Assembly: GCA_965223545.1 (NCBI GenBank)
Contig: OZ245006.1
Coordinates: forward strand, 1,920,001-1,984,000
Source of the DNA: Planctomycetota bacterium
GTDB lineage: Bacteria > Planctomycetota > UBA1135 > UBA2386
Direction: 5' to 3'
Length of the DNA: 64,000 nucleotides
Shown: positions 39,211 through 51,302 of the stretch, piece by piece
How positions within the stretch are numbered: the first letter of the stretch is position 1
Layout of the letters: every line of letters begins with the position of its first letter
Position numbers and translations under genes: made by a program
The notes under the pieces: model-generated
Databases searched by the model: none
What the model was told of the DNA's origin: nothing
What the model saw: only the letters and a program-made list of their open reading frames with translations

Positions 39211-40437
39211 GTGTTGACGCCGACCCGCCGCCGTTCGACCCCCGTCGCCATCCGCACCGTGACCGTCGGCGGCGGCCATCCCGTCGCGGTCCAGTCGATG
39301 ACCAACACGGACACGGCCGACGCCGAGGCGACCGCGCGCCAAGTCGCGGAGCTCTACCGCGCGGGCTCCGAGCTGGTGCGCATCACGGTGAACAACCGCG
39401 CCGCCGCGGCGGCGGTACCGGAAGTGCGGCGGCGGCTCGAGGACGAGGGGCTGGACGTGCCGCTGATCGGTGACTTCCACTACAACGGCCACGTGCTGCT
39501 GCGCGAGGAGCCCGCCTGCGCGGCGACCCTCGACAAGTATCGCATCAACCCCGGCAACGTCGGCCGCGGCGCCAAGCACGACGCCAACTTCGCGACCATG
39601 ATCCAGGTCGCGAAAGACCACGACCGTCCGGTGCGCATCGGCGTCAACGCCGGCTCGCTCGACCAGGAGCTGCTGTCGGCGCTGATGGAGGAGAACGCCC
39701 GGCGCCCGAACCCACAGCCCGCCGAGCAGGTGACGCTGGAGGCGATCGTGCAGAGCGCAGTGCGCTCGGCCGAGGCAGCCGAGGCGCTCGGTCTGCCGCG
39801 GGAACGGATCGTGATCAGCGCGAAGATCAGCCGCGTGCAAGAGCTCAACTGGGTCTACCGCGAGCTCGCGCGCCGTACCGACCACGCGCTCCACCTCGGT
39901 CTGACCGAGGCGGGCATGGGCATGAAGGGACTGATGGCGTCGGCGGCCGGTCTGGCGTTGCTCCTGCAAGAGGGCATCGGCGACACCATCCGCGTCTCGC
40001 TGACGCCCGAGCCCGGCGCGTCGCGCAGCGTCGAGGTGCGCGCCGCACAGACTCTGCTACAGGTGATGGGCATCCGCCCGTTCATGCCGCAGGTCACCGC
40101 GTGCCCGGGCTGCGGCCGCACCACGAGCGACGCATTCCAAGTGCTGTCGCGCGACGTCGAGCGCTTTTTGGCCGAGCGCATGCCGGAATGGCGCGCGCGC
40201 TACCCCGCCGCCGTCGGCCTGCAGGTGGCCGTGATGGGCTGCGTGGTCAACGGCCCAGGTGAGAGCAAGGCCGCGCACATCGGCATCAGCCTGCCCGGCA
40301 CCGGGGAAGCGCCGCGGGCACCGGTCTACGTCGACGGCGAGCACGCGTGCACCCTCGAGGGTCCCGAGCTGAGCCGCGACTTCATGCGCATGATCGAGGA
40401 CTACGTGCGCGGAATGGGCGATCCGGCGGCGTCCTGA
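39211..40437 (+). CDS. ispG: HMBPP synthase
   Basis: [39 protein letters not shown]. Confidence 0.97.
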   Translation: MLTPTRRRSTPVAIRTVTVGGGHPVAVQSMTNTDTADAEATARQVAELYRAGSELVRITVNNRAAAAAVPEVRRRLEDEGLDVPLIGDFHYNGHVLLREEPACAATLDKYRINPGNVGRGAKHDANFATMIQVAKDHDRPVRIGVNAGSLDQELLSALMEENARRPNPQPAEQVTLEAIVQSAVRSAEAAEALGLPRERIVISAKISRVQELNWVYRELARRTDHALHLGLTEAGMGMKGLMASAAGLALLLQEGIGDTIRVSLTPEPGASRSVEVRAAQTLLQVMGIRPFMPQVTACPGCGRTTSDAFQVLSRDVERFLAERMPEWRARYPAAVGLQVAVMGCVVNGPGESKAAHIGISLPGTGEAPRAPVYVDGEHACTLEGPELSRDFMRMIEDYVRGMGDPAAS

Positions 40438-40571
40438 CGGGCGGCGACGCCCCCATTCACCGCGGGGCTGGAAAAACACCTGTCGCCACTGGTAGCCTGT
40501 TTCTGGGTGCGGTCCGGTCCCGGGTGGCCTACAGACCCGTTCCCAGCACGGTCGCTGACCTCGGATCGACC

Positions 40572-41261
40572 ATGAGCAACCTATTGTCGATGACGGACTC
40601 CATGCCTTTGCACGCCGGTGTCGCGACGATCCACGTGGTCGATGACGAGCCGAGCATTTGCCGCCTGTTCGAGCGCATCTGCGCTCAGATGGGACTGCGC
40701 GTTCAGACCTACTCCGGCGCCGAGGCGTTTCTCGAAAACTACGACCCCGAGACCCCGGGCTGCCTGATCCTCGACGTGCAGCTGCCGCAGATGAGCGGCC
40801 TCGAGCTGCTCGAGCGGATCTCCGAGCTGCAGTGGCGCATTCCGATCGTCATCATCAGCGGCAAGGCCGAGGTGTCGACCGCGGTGCGCGCGTTCAAGCT
40901 CGGCACCATCGACTTCCTGGAGAAGCCGTTCACCAAGGACGAGATCGCCGCGGTGGTGACCAACGCGGTGCAGATCGATCTGCAGCAGCGCCGCGAGAAC
41001 GCGCAGCTCAGCGAGATCGCCCGCCGCGTCAACAAGCTGACCCCGCGCGAGCGCCAGGTCATGGACCTCGTCGTCGAGGGGAAGTCGAACCGCGTCATTG
41101 CCGACGAGCTCGGCGTCAGCCCCAAGACCATCGAAGTGCACCGCGCCAACGTGATGCAGAAGATGGAGGCGGGGTCGCTGGCCGGCTTGGTCCGCATGGT
41201 GATCGCCAACCGGCAGGGCAGCGCCGAGCCGGTGCGTCCGCCCGAGTCGACCGACAGCTGA
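40572..41261 (+). CDS. FixJ-like response regulator (REC plus LuxR HTH)
   Basis: VVDD, ILDVQLP, FLEKP, LTPRERQV...TIEVHRANVMQK. Confidence 0.93.
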   Translation: MSNLLSMTDSMPLHAGVATIHVVDDEPSICRLFERICAQMGLRVQTYSGAEAFLENYDPETPGCLILDVQLPQMSGLELLERISELQWRIPIVIISGKAEVSTAVRAFKLGTIDFLEKPFTKDEIAAVVTNAVQIDLQQRRENAQLSEIARRVNKLTPRERQVMDLVVEGKSNRVIADELGVSPKTIEVHRANVMQKMEAGSLAGLVRMVIANRQGSAEPVRPPESTDS

Positions 41262-41269
41262 GCCCGCCG

Positions 41270-42580
41270 TCAGGCGTGGCGGCCGAGGATCAGTGACCGC
41301 GGCAGTGGCGGCGCCTCGGTCACGGTGAAGGCCGACGCCAACCGGCCGGCGGCGGCGGCGGCCGCGGCCTCGCTGGCGGCGTGCAGCTCGGCGAGCGGAG
41401 CACCGCGCGCCACGCGGTCGCCGACCACCGCGCGCAGCACGACCCCGACGCGGGGATCGATCGCGTCGCTGGGCTGCGTGCGCCCCCCACCGAGATCGCG
41501 CACGCACAGACCGACGACGAGCGGGTCGACGTCGCCGACGAAGCCGTCTGCCCCCGCCTCGACGCAGCGCACCACAGGCGCGGGGTGCAGCCGATCCGGG
41601 CGGTCCAAGAAGCCGGGATCGCCGCCCTGCAACTGGACGTTGCGCTCGAGGCAAGCGCGCACCGCGCCGCTGCCGAGCAAGTCGTCGAGCCGCGCCCCGG
41701 CCGCCGCGACATCGGCGTCGACGCCGCCCAGCACCAGCATCTCCGCGGCCAGGGCGCGGGTCACGGCGAGCAGATCGGGCGGGCCGTCGCCGGCCAGGCA
41801 GGCGGCGACCTCGCGCACCTCGAGCGCGTTGCCGGCGGCTCGACCGAGCGGCGCATCCATGTCGGTGAGGAGAGCGACGACCTCGATTCCGGCGGCGCGT
41901 CCCGTCTCGACCAGACTGCGCATCAGCGCTTCGGCCGCCGCGCGTTCGCGCATGAACGCCGCGCGGCCGCACTTGACGTCCATCACCAACGCTTCGATGC
42001 CCGCCGCCAACTTCTTGGCCAGGATCGAGGCAGTGATCAACGGCACGCTCTCGACCGTGCCGGACACGTCGCGCGCGGCGTACATGCGCGCGTCGGCCGG
42101 CGCGATCTCACCGCTCGGCGCCGCCATCGCGTAGCCACAGGCGGCGACGGTGGTGCGGATCTCGTCGATCGACAGAGCGGTGCGGTAGCCCGGGATCGCG
42201 GCGAGCTTGTCGAGCGTGCCGCCGGTGTGGCCGAGGCCGCGGCCGGACACCATCGGCACGGGCACTCCCGCCGCGGCGACCCACGGCGCCAACAGCAGAC
42301 TGACCTTGTCGCCGACGCCACCGGTCGAGTGCTTGTCGACGACCTTCGCGGCGAGGCCGGTGTGCTCGATGCACCGGCCCGAATCGCGCATCGCGCGGGT
42401 CAGTGCCGAAGTCTCCGCCACGCTCATGCCACGGCAGCACACTGCCATCAGCCAAGCGCCGAGCTGCACGTCGCCCAGACTGCCGTCGACGACACCGCCG
42501 ACGAGGTCGCGAATCCGCGCCTCGTCGAGCTCGCCGCCGTCGCGCTTGATCGCGATCAGCTCGGCCGGGTGATGCTGCAT
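41270..42580 (-). CDS. deoA: Thymidine/pyrimidine-nucleoside phosphorylase
   Basis: DKHSTGGVGDK, SGRGLGHTGGTLDKL, SILAKKLA. Confidence 0.93.
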   Translation of the reverse strand: MQHHPAELIAIKRDGGELDEARIRDLVGGVVDGSLGDVQLGAWLMAVCCRGMSVAETSALTRAMRDSGRCIEHTGLAAKVVDKHSTGGVGDKVSLLLAPWVAAAGVPVPMVSGRGLGHTGGTLDKLAAIPGYRTALSIDEIRTTVAACGYAMAAPSGEIAPADARMYAARDVSGTVESVPLITASILAKKLAAGIEALVMDVKCGRAAFMRERAAAEALMRSLVETGRAAGIEVVALLTDMDAPLGRAAGNALEVREVAACLAGDGPPDLLAVTRALAAEMLVLGGVDADVAAAGARLDDLLGSGAVRACLERNVQLQGGDPGFLDRPDRLHPAPVVRCVEAGADGFVGDVDPLVVGLCVRDLGGGRTQPSDAIDPRVGVVLRAVVGDRVARGAPLAELHAASEAAAAAAAGRLASAFTVTEAPPLPRSLILGRHA

Positions 42581-42587
42581 CGCCCCC

Positions 42588-43436
42588 TCACGGCGCGACC
42601 GGATGCCAGAACGTCTTCACCTCGACAAAGGGCTCCAGCCACACCAGGCCGGCCGGCGCCGCATACCAGGCCTCACCCTCGAGATCCGCCCAGCGCACCC
42701 GCTTGACGTTGTCGGCGGCGGCCTCGGCCACCGCCGGCTGCGGCGCGCCGGCCGCCAGCACGCCGTCGACATCGCGGTGACTCGCCAGCTGTGGCAGCAG
42801 CTCCGCGCGCTCGCCGGCGAGCAGATTGACCGCCCCGGCCGGCACGTCGCTGACCGCCAACAGCTCGCCCAAGGCGAGCCCGGCCAGCGGCGCGGACTCG
42901 CTGACCAGCACGACCGCGGTGTTGCCGCCGGCCATCACTGGCAGCAGCAATGCCAGCAATCCGAGCAACCCCGGCTGCTCCGGTGCGGCGATGCCGACGA
43001 CGCCCGCCGCCTCGACCGTACTGAAGTTGAAGAACGGTCCGCCGACCGAGTTCTGCGAGCCGAGCAAGCTCTGCAGCTTGTCCGGCACACCGGCCCACCA
43101 GACCACCAGATCGACCGATGCGTCGACCTCGCGGCAGGCCGCGGTGGCGTCGACGCCAGCGGCGGCGAGCTCCTCCACCAACGAGGCGCGCCGCACTTCC
43201 ATCACCTCGGCCAGCCGATACAGAATCTGACCGCGCAGCAGCGGCGTGGCACCGGCCCACCGCGGCGCCGCCCCACGGGCGGCGACGACGGCGTCGCGGA
43301 GATCCTTGCGACTGCCGCGCGCGACATTGACGCCGGGTGCGGCGTCGGGACGGTAGCTGCGGCCGGACTCGCTGCGCGGAAACCCACCGCCGACGAACAG
43401 CTTGTAGGTCTTGCGGACTCGGGGACGGTCGGTCAT
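42588..43436 (-). CDS. Short aldehyde dehydrogenase-family protein (282 aa)
   Basis: KTYKLFVGGGFPRSESGR, SRKDLRDAV, EVKTFWHP; lacks the catalytic Cys domain. Confidence 0.9.
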   Translation of the reverse strand: MTDRPRVRKTYKLFVGGGFPRSESGRSYRPDAAPGVNVARGSRKDLRDAVVAARGAAPRWAGATPLLRGQILYRLAEVMEVRRASLVEELAAAGVDATAACREVDASVDLVVWWAGVPDKLQSLLGSQNSVGGPFFNFSTVEAAGVVGIAAPEQPGLLGLLALLLPVMAGGNTAVVLVSESAPLAGLALGELLAVSDVPAGAVNLLAGERAELLPQLASHRDVDGVLAAGAPQPAVAEAAADNVKRVRWADLEGEAWYAAPAGLVWLEPFVEVKTFWHPVAP

Positions 43437-43509
43437 GGCATCGGGCTCGCGTCGCCGCGGCGGCTCGATGCTAAGGGTCGGCCCGCGCGCGCGCCATCCA
43501 CGCTGCGGA

Positions 43510-45036
<1,527 letters not shown>

Positions 45037-45042
45037 CGCAAA

Positions 45043-45951
45043 TCAGTCCCGGCTGAAGTCGTCACCGCGCTGGTAGACGCCGGTTTCGAGGCGGACCCAC
45101 TGCATCAGCAGGTCGTTGAGCAGAGTGCTCGCGCCAAAGCGGAACCGGCTCGGGTCGAGCCAGTCGTCCCCCAAGGTTTCGTTCACCAACACCAGATAGC
45201 GCAACGCCTGCTTGGCGGTGCGGATGCCGCCGGCGGCCTTGACCCCGACCGCGCGACCGGTCTCCAGGTAGTGGTCGCGCGCACACTCGAGCATCAGCAG
45301 CACGACCGGCATCGTCGACGCCGGCGCCACCTTGCCGGTGCTGGTCTTGAGGAAGTCGGCGCCCGCGAGCAGAGCGATGCGGCACGCCCGGCGCACGTTG
45401 TCGTAGGTGGCGAGCTCGCCGGTCTCGAGGATGACCTTGAGGTGCGCCGGCCCACAGGCCTCCTTGATGCGGCAGATCTCGTCGAACACCTGGCCGTAGC
45501 GCCCGGCGTGGAACGCCCCGCGATCGATGACCATGTCGATCTCACCAGCACCGTCGTCGACCGCGCGCTGGGTCTCGTCGAGCTTGACCTGCAGCGCGGT
45601 GCGGCCGGAGGGAAAGCCGGTGGCCACCGACGCGACCGCGACCCCGCTGCCGGCGAGGGCCCCCTTGGCGACCGCGACCAGGTCGGGGTAGACGCACACC
45701 GCGGCCACCGCCGGCACGGCGTGCCCCGGCAGCGGATGCATCGCCTTGTGGCACAGCGCGCGCACCTTGCCCGGCGAGTCACGGCCTTCGAGCGTGGTCA
45801 GATCGGTCATCGCGATCGCCATCGCCAGCCCGTCGCGCTTGGCTTCGCGCTTGATCGAGCGCGTCGCCAACTCGGCGGCGCGCGTCTCGAGCGCGACCGC
45901 GTCGACCGGCGACACGCGGAGATCGGCAGCGGCGAGGGACTTGGCGGTCAA
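45043..45951 (-). CDS. deoC: Deoxyribose-phosphate aldolase
   Basis: DLTTL, EIDMVI, LKVILETGEL, FLKTSTGK, KAAGGIR. Confidence 0.96.
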   Translation of the reverse strand: MTAKSLAAADLRVSPVDAVALETRAAELATRSIKREAKRDGLAMAIAMTDLTTLEGRDSPGKVRALCHKAMHPLPGHAVPAVAAVCVYPDLVAVAKGALAGSGVAVASVATGFPSGRTALQVKLDETQRAVDDGAGEIDMVIDRGAFHAGRYGQVFDEICRIKEACGPAHLKVILETGELATYDNVRRACRIALLAGADFLKTSTGKVAPASTMPVVLLMLECARDHYLETGRAVGVKAAGGIRTAKQALRYLVLVNETLGDDWLDPSRFRFGASTLLNDLLMQWVRLETGVYQRGDDFSRD

Positions 45952-46083
45952 ATCGGACTCCGGCGCGGGACGCGCCTGGCCGCCATGCTACCGTTCCCGC
46001 CGAGAGCGCGTCCACGCCACAGTCGAGCGCCTTGGCAGCAACCGGCCCGCCGGCGATGCTGACCGTCCCCACCGCCGCCTGCG

Positions 46084-47442
46084 ATGCCCACCGAGCCCGC
46101 CTTCGTCGACGCCGCCCGCTCGCCCCAGGTCGCCGCTGCGCTGCGCGCGCTCGGCAACGACGACGGCCACTTGCGCATCGACGGGGTCGACGCCACCGCA
46201 CTGGTCGAACGCTTCGGAGCACCACTCTACGCGTTCTCGGCCGGCGTGCTGCGCCAGCGGCTCGCCTCGGTGCAAGCGGCGCTCGGTCCGCGCGTGACGG
46301 TGCTCTTCGCGCTCAAGGCCAACCCCAATGCCGCCGTCGCCGCAGTGCTGCGCGCGGGCGGCGCCGGCGCCGAGGTCGCGTCCGCGGGTGAGATCGCCAT
46401 CGCGATGCACGCCGGGTTCGATGGCGCGGCCGTGCAGTTCGCCGGACCGGGCAAGAACGCGGCCGATCTCGCCTACGCGCGGCACGCCGGCGTCGGCTGC
46501 CTCAACCTCGAGTCGGAGGCGGAGTACGAGGCGGTGCTCGCCGACGCGCGCCAGCACGGGACGCGGCCCGGGGTCGCGCTGCGCGTCAACCCGCGCGCGG
46601 CGGTCGCCGGCGCGCGCCTGCAGATGGGCGGTGGGGCGAAGAAGTTCGGCGTCGACGCCGATGACGTCGGCGCGCTCCTGCAGCGCATCCACCACGACGG
46701 CGTCTGCACCCTGCACGGCTTGCACGTCTACGCCGGCACGCAGTGCTTCGACGCGGCCGCGTGGGCCGACGCCGCCGCCGCGCTGATCACCGCGGCGAAC
46801 GAGCTCGAGCAAGCGACCGGCGTCGATCTCCCAGCGCTCAACTTCGGCGGCGGCTTCGCGGTGCCGGTGTTCGCCACCGACAACCCGTTCGATCTGGACG
46901 CCGCGGGCGCGCGGTTGCGGGCGGCCATCGCCGCCGACCGCGACTCCCGCCGCTACGCGGTCGAGCTCGGTCGCTACCTGGTCGCGCCCGCCGGTGTCTA
47001 CCTGACCCGGGTGCTCTACTGCAAGGAGTCGGGCGGCGCGCGCTACGCCATCGTCGACGGCGGCATGCACCACCACGCCGCCGCCGCCGGCATCGGCGCC
47101 GTCGTGCCGCGCCCGTTTCCGGTGTGGGCCGCGCGCCCCGACGGCACGCCCCTCACTGGCGGTGACGGGCCACCCACGACGATCGCCGGACCGCTCTGCA
47201 CGCCGATCGATACCTTTGCCACCACGTCCCTCCCGCTGCGCGCGGGAGACCTGGTGGCGGTGCTCGTCTCGGGCGCTTACGGGCTGACGTTCAGCAACAC
47301 CATGTTTCTCAGTCACCCGACGCCGGCCGAAGTCTTGGTCGCCGACGGCGACGCCCATGTCGTGCGCGCTGCTGGGCGGCCGGAGGACGCGCTGCGCAAC
47401 CAGCATCTACCCCCCGAAGACGCGGCCGGCGCGGAGCGGTAG
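46084..47442 (+). CDS. PLP-dependent decarboxylase, diaminopimelate decarboxylase/BtrK-like
   Basis: FALKANP, EVASAGE, AGPGK, KKFG, GGGF, ELGRYLV, GPLCTPID. Confidence 0.9.
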   Translation: MPTEPAFVDAARSPQVAAALRALGNDDGHLRIDGVDATALVERFGAPLYAFSAGVLRQRLASVQAALGPRVTVLFALKANPNAAVAAVLRAGGAGAEVASAGEIAIAMHAGFDGAAVQFAGPGKNAADLAYARHAGVGCLNLESEAEYEAVLADARQHGTRPGVALRVNPRAAVAGARLQMGGGAKKFGVDADDVGALLQRIHHDGVCTLHGLHVYAGTQCFDAAAWADAAAALITAANELEQATGVDLPALNFGGGFAVPVFATDNPFDLDAAGARLRAAIAADRDSRRYAVELGRYLVAPAGVYLTRVLYCKESGGARYAIVDGGMHHHAAAAGIGAVVPRPFPVWAARPDGTPLTGGDGPPTTIAGPLCTPIDTFATTSLPLRAGDLVAVLVSGAYGLTFSNTMFLSHPTPAEVLVADGDAHVVRAAGRPEDALRNQHLPPEDAAGAER

Positions 47443-47455
47443 GCCAGGGCGCAAC

Positions 47456-48910
47456 ATGCTCGACCGCCTCGCCTCCCTCGCCCGCCAACACGGCGATCGG
47501 ACCGCGATCAGCGCCGAGCAAGGCACCTTGACGTTCGCCGCGCTGCACGCCGAAGCGACGGCGTTCGCCGAGTGGCTGCGGCGGGCCGACCGCCGGCTGG
47601 TGGTCGTCGCCGCGCTGCCCAGCGGGCCGGCGCTGACCGCCGCACAGATCGGCGCGTGGGCCGCCGGCGCGGTGTTCGCCCCGATCCCACCGCGCTGCAC
47701 CGAGGGCGAAGCCGCCGCCTACCTGACCGCTCTGCCCGCCGACGTGCTTCTGGTCGAGGACGCCGGACGTGCGTCAGCGTTCCACCCGGCATCCCGCACA
47801 CGTCCCCAGTCGTGGGACGACTGGCGCTCGGCCGCCAAACCGCCGACCGCACCAGCCGCCGCGCCGCCCGGCGATGGCGACGTGCGCATGGTGCAGTTCA
47901 CCTCGGGCTCGACCGGCCAGCCGGCCGGCATCGCGCTGACCTCCACCGCGCTGCGCGCCAACCTCGAGCGCTCGCGCCCGGCGTTGGCGGGGCGTGCCAA
48001 CAACGCCTGGTGCCCGACGCCACAGTTCCACGCGATGGGCAACGCCGCGATCCTCGAGCTGCTCGACGCCGGCATCGGAGTGCATAACACCAACGCGTTC
48101 GTACCGGCCGCTCATCTGCAACGGCTGAGCGAGCACGCCTGCGAGATGCTGGTCGCGCCGCCCAGCTACGCGGCGATGATGCTGCGGCTCGGCGTGCTGG
48201 CCCGCGCGCGCAGCCTGCGCGAGATCGTGCTCGGCAGTGCCGCCGTCGACCGCGCGCTGCTCGAGCGACTGCGCGCGACCCTGCCGGACACCGCGCTCGA
48301 GCTTCGCTACGGCCTGAGCGAGGCCGTCGGCGCCCTCGCCCGCGGCCACCACCCGGCCGGCACGCCACTGCCCGCCGCCGGCGCGGTGGGCACCCTGATC
48401 GCCGGGGCGACGCTCGCATCGCCCCTCCCGCCGCCGTCCGCGCCGGCGGAGGAGCTCGTCGTCCGCACCCCGACCGCCGGCTGCGCCCGGCTCGTCGACG
48501 GCGACCTCGAGCCGCTACTCGATGCCGATGGCGCTCTGCACACGGGCGACCTCGCCTGCGCCGACGAGGACGGCGTCTTGCTGCTGCGCGGCCGCGGGTC
48601 GACCTTCTTGAAGGTGCACGGCCACCGCGTCGGGCCCGCCGAGATCGAGGCGGTGCTGCGCGCTGCCCCCGAGATCCACGAAGCAGTGGTCGTCGGTCTA
48701 CCCGACCCGGTGGGCGGCCAGCTGCCGGTGGCGTGCGTCGAGCCCGTCCCCGGCGCGGCACCGGAGACGTCGGCGCTGGCGCACTGGTGTGCGGAACACC
48801 TGTCCGCGCACAAGCGGCCGAAGCGCTTCGTGTGCTTCGCTCGGCTACCGCGCACCGCGAGCGGCAAGCCCGATCGCACCGCGATCGTGGCCGCCGTGCA
48901 GCGGGGCTGA
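47456..48910 (+). CDS. AMP-binding (adenylate-forming) ligase
   Basis: FTSGSTG, YGLSE, TGD, EIEAVL, LPRTASGK. Confidence 0.92.
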   Translation: MLDRLASLARQHGDRTAISAEQGTLTFAALHAEATAFAEWLRRADRRLVVVAALPSGPALTAAQIGAWAAGAVFAPIPPRCTEGEAAAYLTALPADVLLVEDAGRASAFHPASRTRPQSWDDWRSAAKPPTAPAAAPPGDGDVRMVQFTSGSTGQPAGIALTSTALRANLERSRPALAGRANNAWCPTPQFHAMGNAAILELLDAGIGVHNTNAFVPAAHLQRLSEHACEMLVAPPSYAAMMLRLGVLARARSLREIVLGSAAVDRALLERLRATLPDTALELRYGLSEAVGALARGHHPAGTPLPAAGAVGTLIAGATLASPLPPPSAPAEELVVRTPTAGCARLVDGDLEPLLDADGALHTGDLACADEDGVLLLRGRGSTFLKVHGHRVGPAEIEAVLRAAPEIHEAVVVGLPDPVGGQLPVACVEPVPGAAPETSALAHWCAEHLSAHKRPKRFVCFARLPRTASGKPDRTAIVAAVQRG

Positions 48911-49130
48911 CCGCGGCCGGTGGCCGCCGGCCGGCCGCCAAGGCTGGCTCGGAACGAGACGCTTTGCGCCGGGTTTCGCCGCACGCGCACGGCTCATATC
49001 GAGCCTCTCCACAGTCGCGCCGCTCAAGGGCGCCGCCGACTGCCCCGAAATTCGGCGTGAGCCCAGACCGAGACAGCCGCCGCGCACGTGCGGCCTCGGC
49101 TCGAGGCAACAGGGGAGCACGGAGAGAACA

Positions 49131-51302
49131 ATGACGCATCGAGTCCACGGTCCTACCGGGAGTCGTCCCGGCGCCGCGATCTGGGGTCTGCTGGCCCTGG
49201 CCGCCGCTGCGCCGGCCGCGGGGGCGGCCACAGCCACAAGCGGTCATCCTGCGCGGCCGTCGGCGGCAACCGCCGGCGGCGGCTTCAGCACACAAGTGCG
49301 GTTCGCCAACAACACCGCGCACCGCCGCATCGAGTGGGGTCAGGCGACGGTGCCGTTTCCGCAGGGCGCGTTCTTTCCGGGCGACAACTTCGGCGTCGCC
49401 GGCCTGCCATCGGAGCTGATCCCGTTCGGCGCGTCGTGGCCGGACGGGAGCATTCGATTCGCGCAGCTCGCCGTGCCGCTCGACCTGGCACCCGGCGCCG
49501 AGACCCTGGTCGACGTGACCCAGCTGGCGCCAACGCCGTACTCGTTCCAGTACTCCTCGTGGGTACAGGCGGGTCTTCCGGCGTTCAAAGTCAAGGTCGT
49601 CGTCGTGCTGCCCGGCGGCAAGCTGAGCGTCGTCGAGCCGGCGCTCGTGCGCATGGAGCACGACACCGACATCCGCAAGACGCACTACTTCCGCGGCCGC
49701 GTGCCGCAGACCGACCTGGTGTGCGACCTCTGGTACACGATCTTCTCCGGCCAAGACCACATGCCGTTCGAGCTGCGCCTGACCGCCAGCAGCACGGCGA
49801 GCCCCCTGTTCTCCCAGGCGATCGAGTCGGCGCACCTGTGGGTCGAAGGCGCCGCCGCGCACGTGCGCGCCGCGCGCCGCCGCGGCGCCGGCTACGGCGT
49901 GCTCTCCGCCAAGGGCCCCAACGTCGTCCACCTGCTCGGGCCGAGCACGCTCTGGGACGGACAGGGCCAGGAGTGGTGCGGCGACTTCCTGTTCTACTAT
50001 CCCAACGGCACCGCCAACGGCGGCCGCTCCGACACGCTGATGTCGACGATCCGTTCGTCGTTCTTCGGCGTCAGCACCGACTGGGGCAACAGTGGGGCGT
50101 ACGGTCCGTTCGGCCACGTCCCGCTGCCACCGCCGTGGATCAAAGACGGCGGCCGCGCCGCGGCGATCGCCGCCCGACAGAGCTTCGAACAGTGGCTCGA
50201 GCAGGACGGCAGCCCCTGGGACAACTGGCCTCTCGGCCTCAACAAGTTTCCGGGACAGACCGGCTACCAGCCCGACTTCGGCTCGACCCAGGTGGCGGAC
50301 ATCTTCGCCTCCGGCATGCCGGACCGGATCGAGGAGGCCCGGCTCAACGCCAGTGAAGAGGCGCTGCGGCCGGTGCACCACCGCGAGGCCGACGGCACCA
50401 TGGTGCGCGCCGCCAACCACCCGACCTGGGTCACCTGGGACGGCCGCACGCACTACCACCCGCAGGTCAGCCCCGACCGCCTGGGCAAGCCGACGCCGGA
50501 GCCGCAGCTCAAGGCCAACGGCTGGGTCGGCCGCGACGTGCAGCACTGGTCGACGCTGATCCTGTCGAATGCCTACCTGCTGACGATGAGTCCATCGCTG
50601 CGCTACGAGCTCGACAACGACGCCGAGCTCTACATCGCCGGCCATACGCTGCCGAGCGCGCGCAAGACCGCGACCAACGCGCCGGGTGCCGCCCGCGGCG
50701 TCGGGCGGACGCTGCTGTGCATGGCGTGGAACTACCTGCTCACCGCCAACGACGGCCTGAAGTACCACGTCGCCGAACGCGTGCGCCAATCGATCGTGCC
50801 GGCGGCCATCGGGCTGCAGGTCAGCGGACCGGTCAAGCCGTTGGTGCTGACCCCGCCCGACCCACGACAGCTGATGCGCGACCACTGGCGCCCGTGGGAG
50901 GAGTCGCAGGCCGCGATGGGCCTCGAGGCCGCCAGCCGCGTGATGCAGGTGCAGGAGGCGCACGACCTGGCCAAGATGCTGGCCTACACCTTGATCCAGT
51001 ACGGCTGGAAGGTGCTGCCCAACGACACCGTCATCGGCACCGGGCTGGGCTGGAAGAGCAACGGCGCGCCGCTGACCACGGCCGAGATGAACGACCCGAC
51101 CTGGGCGCTGTGGTCGTACGGTACCGGCTTCAACGAGTGGGCCATCCCGTCGGTCAAGCTGGCGATCCGCTACGGCAAGATGTACGGCGATTCCGCCATC
51201 GTCAACCGCGCGATGACCGTGCTGCAAACGGTGTGGAACCAGCGGCAGGCACCGAGCAACGGCGGCTGGGACGCCTATACCGACTGGGACGCGGTGCGCT
51301 GA
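49131..51302 (+). CDS. Large secreted hypothetical protein (N-terminus resembles YetA/rhamnogalacturonan-lyase-like N domain)
   Basis: ATG after GGAGAG; signal-like hydrophobic stretch; VPFPQG...WPDGSIRF; strong coding bias. Confidence 0.75.
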   Translation: MTHRVHGPTGSRPGAAIWGLLALAAAAPAAGAATATSGHPARPSAATAGGGFSTQVRFANNTAHRRIEWGQATVPFPQGAFFPGDNFGVAGLPSELIPFGASWPDGSIRFAQLAVPLDLAPGAETLVDVTQLAPTPYSFQYSSWVQAGLPAFKVKVVVVLPGGKLSVVEPALVRMEHDTDIRKTHYFRGRVPQTDLVCDLWYTIFSGQDHMPFELRLTASSTASPLFSQAIESAHLWVEGAAAHVRAARRRGAGYGVLSAKGPNVVHLLGPSTLWDGQGQEWCGDFLFYYPNGTANGGRSDTLMSTIRSSFFGVSTDWGNSGAYGPFGHVPLPPPWIKDGGRAAAIAARQSFEQWLEQDGSPWDNWPLGLNKFPGQTGYQPDFGSTQVADIFASGMPDRIEEARLNASEEALRPVHHREADGTMVRAANHPTWVTWDGRTHYHPQVSPDRLGKPTPEPQLKANGWVGRDVQHWSTLILSNAYLLTMSPSLRYELDNDAELYIAGHTLPSARKTATNAPGAARGVGRTLLCMAWNYLLTANDGLKYHVAERVRQSIVPAAIGLQVSGPVKPLVLTPPDPRQLMRDHWRPWEESQAAMGLEAASRVMQVQEAHDLAKMLAYTLIQYGWKVLPNDTVIGTGLGWKSNGAPLTTAEMNDPTWALWSYGTGFNEWAIPSVKLAIRYGKMYGDSAIVNRAMTVLQTVWNQRQAPSNGGWDAYTDWDAVR

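Noticed and set aside
43438..43471. Intergenic hairpin gcatcgggc...gctcgatgc as a terminator
   Set aside because: No U-tract, lies inside an apparent operon, and such stems arise easily at this GC content.
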